Shown piece after piece: positions 31,915-32,000 of a stretch of 32,000 nucleotides of DNA. The translations under genes and the position numbers were made by a program. Position 1 is the stretch's first letter, and each line of letters opens with the position of its first letter. Under the pieces are notes generated by a model. That model was not told where the DNA came from. It was given only the letters and a program-made list of their open reading frames with translations, and ran no database searches. Source of the stretch: Candidatus Iainarchaeum sp. (GTDB lineage: Archaea > Iainarchaeota > Iainarchaeia > Iainarchaeales > VGJJ01); NCBI GenBank assembly GCA_030688545.1, contig JAUYHT010000006.1:60001-92000 (forward strand), given 5' to 3'.

Positions 31915-32000
31915 TTCCTCAAGAAATGGAATGATTTCAATTCCAAATTAAAATAGTCGATTTATCCTTAATCAAGAATGCGTTCGATGGTGTATTTGAG

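Noticed and set aside
31968-32000. A minus-strand reading frame that enters from the right edge and ends with TAA at 31968-31970.
   Set aside because: Only about 10 codons are visible, which is too little to call a gene.
1-32000. Search by eye for CRISPR arrays, rRNA, IS elements or transposases, integrases, toxin-antitoxin pairs and known defence genes.
   Set aside because: I found no regularly spaced direct repeats of 24-40 nt, no DDE or tyrosine-recombinase motifs, and no rRNA-like segments. The only repeats are those reported: the tRNA 3' copies and the hairpin family.

Overview
This is a densely coding segment that looks archaeal, with about 50% GC by eye. The evidence for an archaeal origin is threefold. 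TTTAWATA-type TATA boxes sit about 26 nt upstream of many start codons. The tRNA has no encoded CCA. The genes include PAC2, geranylgeranyl-reductase and FlaI/Epd-type families. All homology calls come from motif recognition by eye, and no searches were run.

Contents from left to right:
(1) A giant surface protein of more than 1014 aa, truncated at its 5' end by the window edge and anchored by a C-terminal helix. It is followed by an SRAP peptidase, a PAC2 proteasome-chaperone homolog, and a Tad/Epd-like type IV filament core (an ATPase plus two platform genes with one T2SSF domain each).
(2) Housekeeping genes (DUF192, uppS, ferredoxin, tRNA-Gln, pyrG, geranylgeranyl reductase, htpX), interspersed with orphan genes: a HEAT plus kinase-like protein, a lipobox beta-rich protein with a polybasic tail, and small hypotheticals.
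(3) Two more very large exported proteins. One is 1017 aa with propeller repeats, a GHSMGG lipase fold and a CARDB domain. The other is 878 aa with Ig-like modules, FN3 and a TM anchor.
(4) A surface-glycan cluster: UPF0104, a polytopic GT-C-like protein, an epimerase, GT2, a DegT aminotransferase and a split GT4.

The signals not explained by genes are:
- Two tandem 86-nt units that each re-copy the 3' end of tRNA-Gln, which look like att sites or integration scars.
- A family of six covarying T-tract/loop/A-tract hairpins that always occur in pairs at gene ends.
- A run of five hairpins between two convergent genes.
- A 35-bp interlocked bidirectional promoter.
- A glycosyltransferase split at a homopolymer-rich TAATG junction.

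I saw no CRISPR array, rRNA, transposase, integrase or recognisable defence gene. The best candidate for a 'system' is a cell-surface or host-contact island made of the giant anchored proteins, the Tad-like filament core, the secreted lipase and the glycan cluster. That reading is inference, not demonstration.
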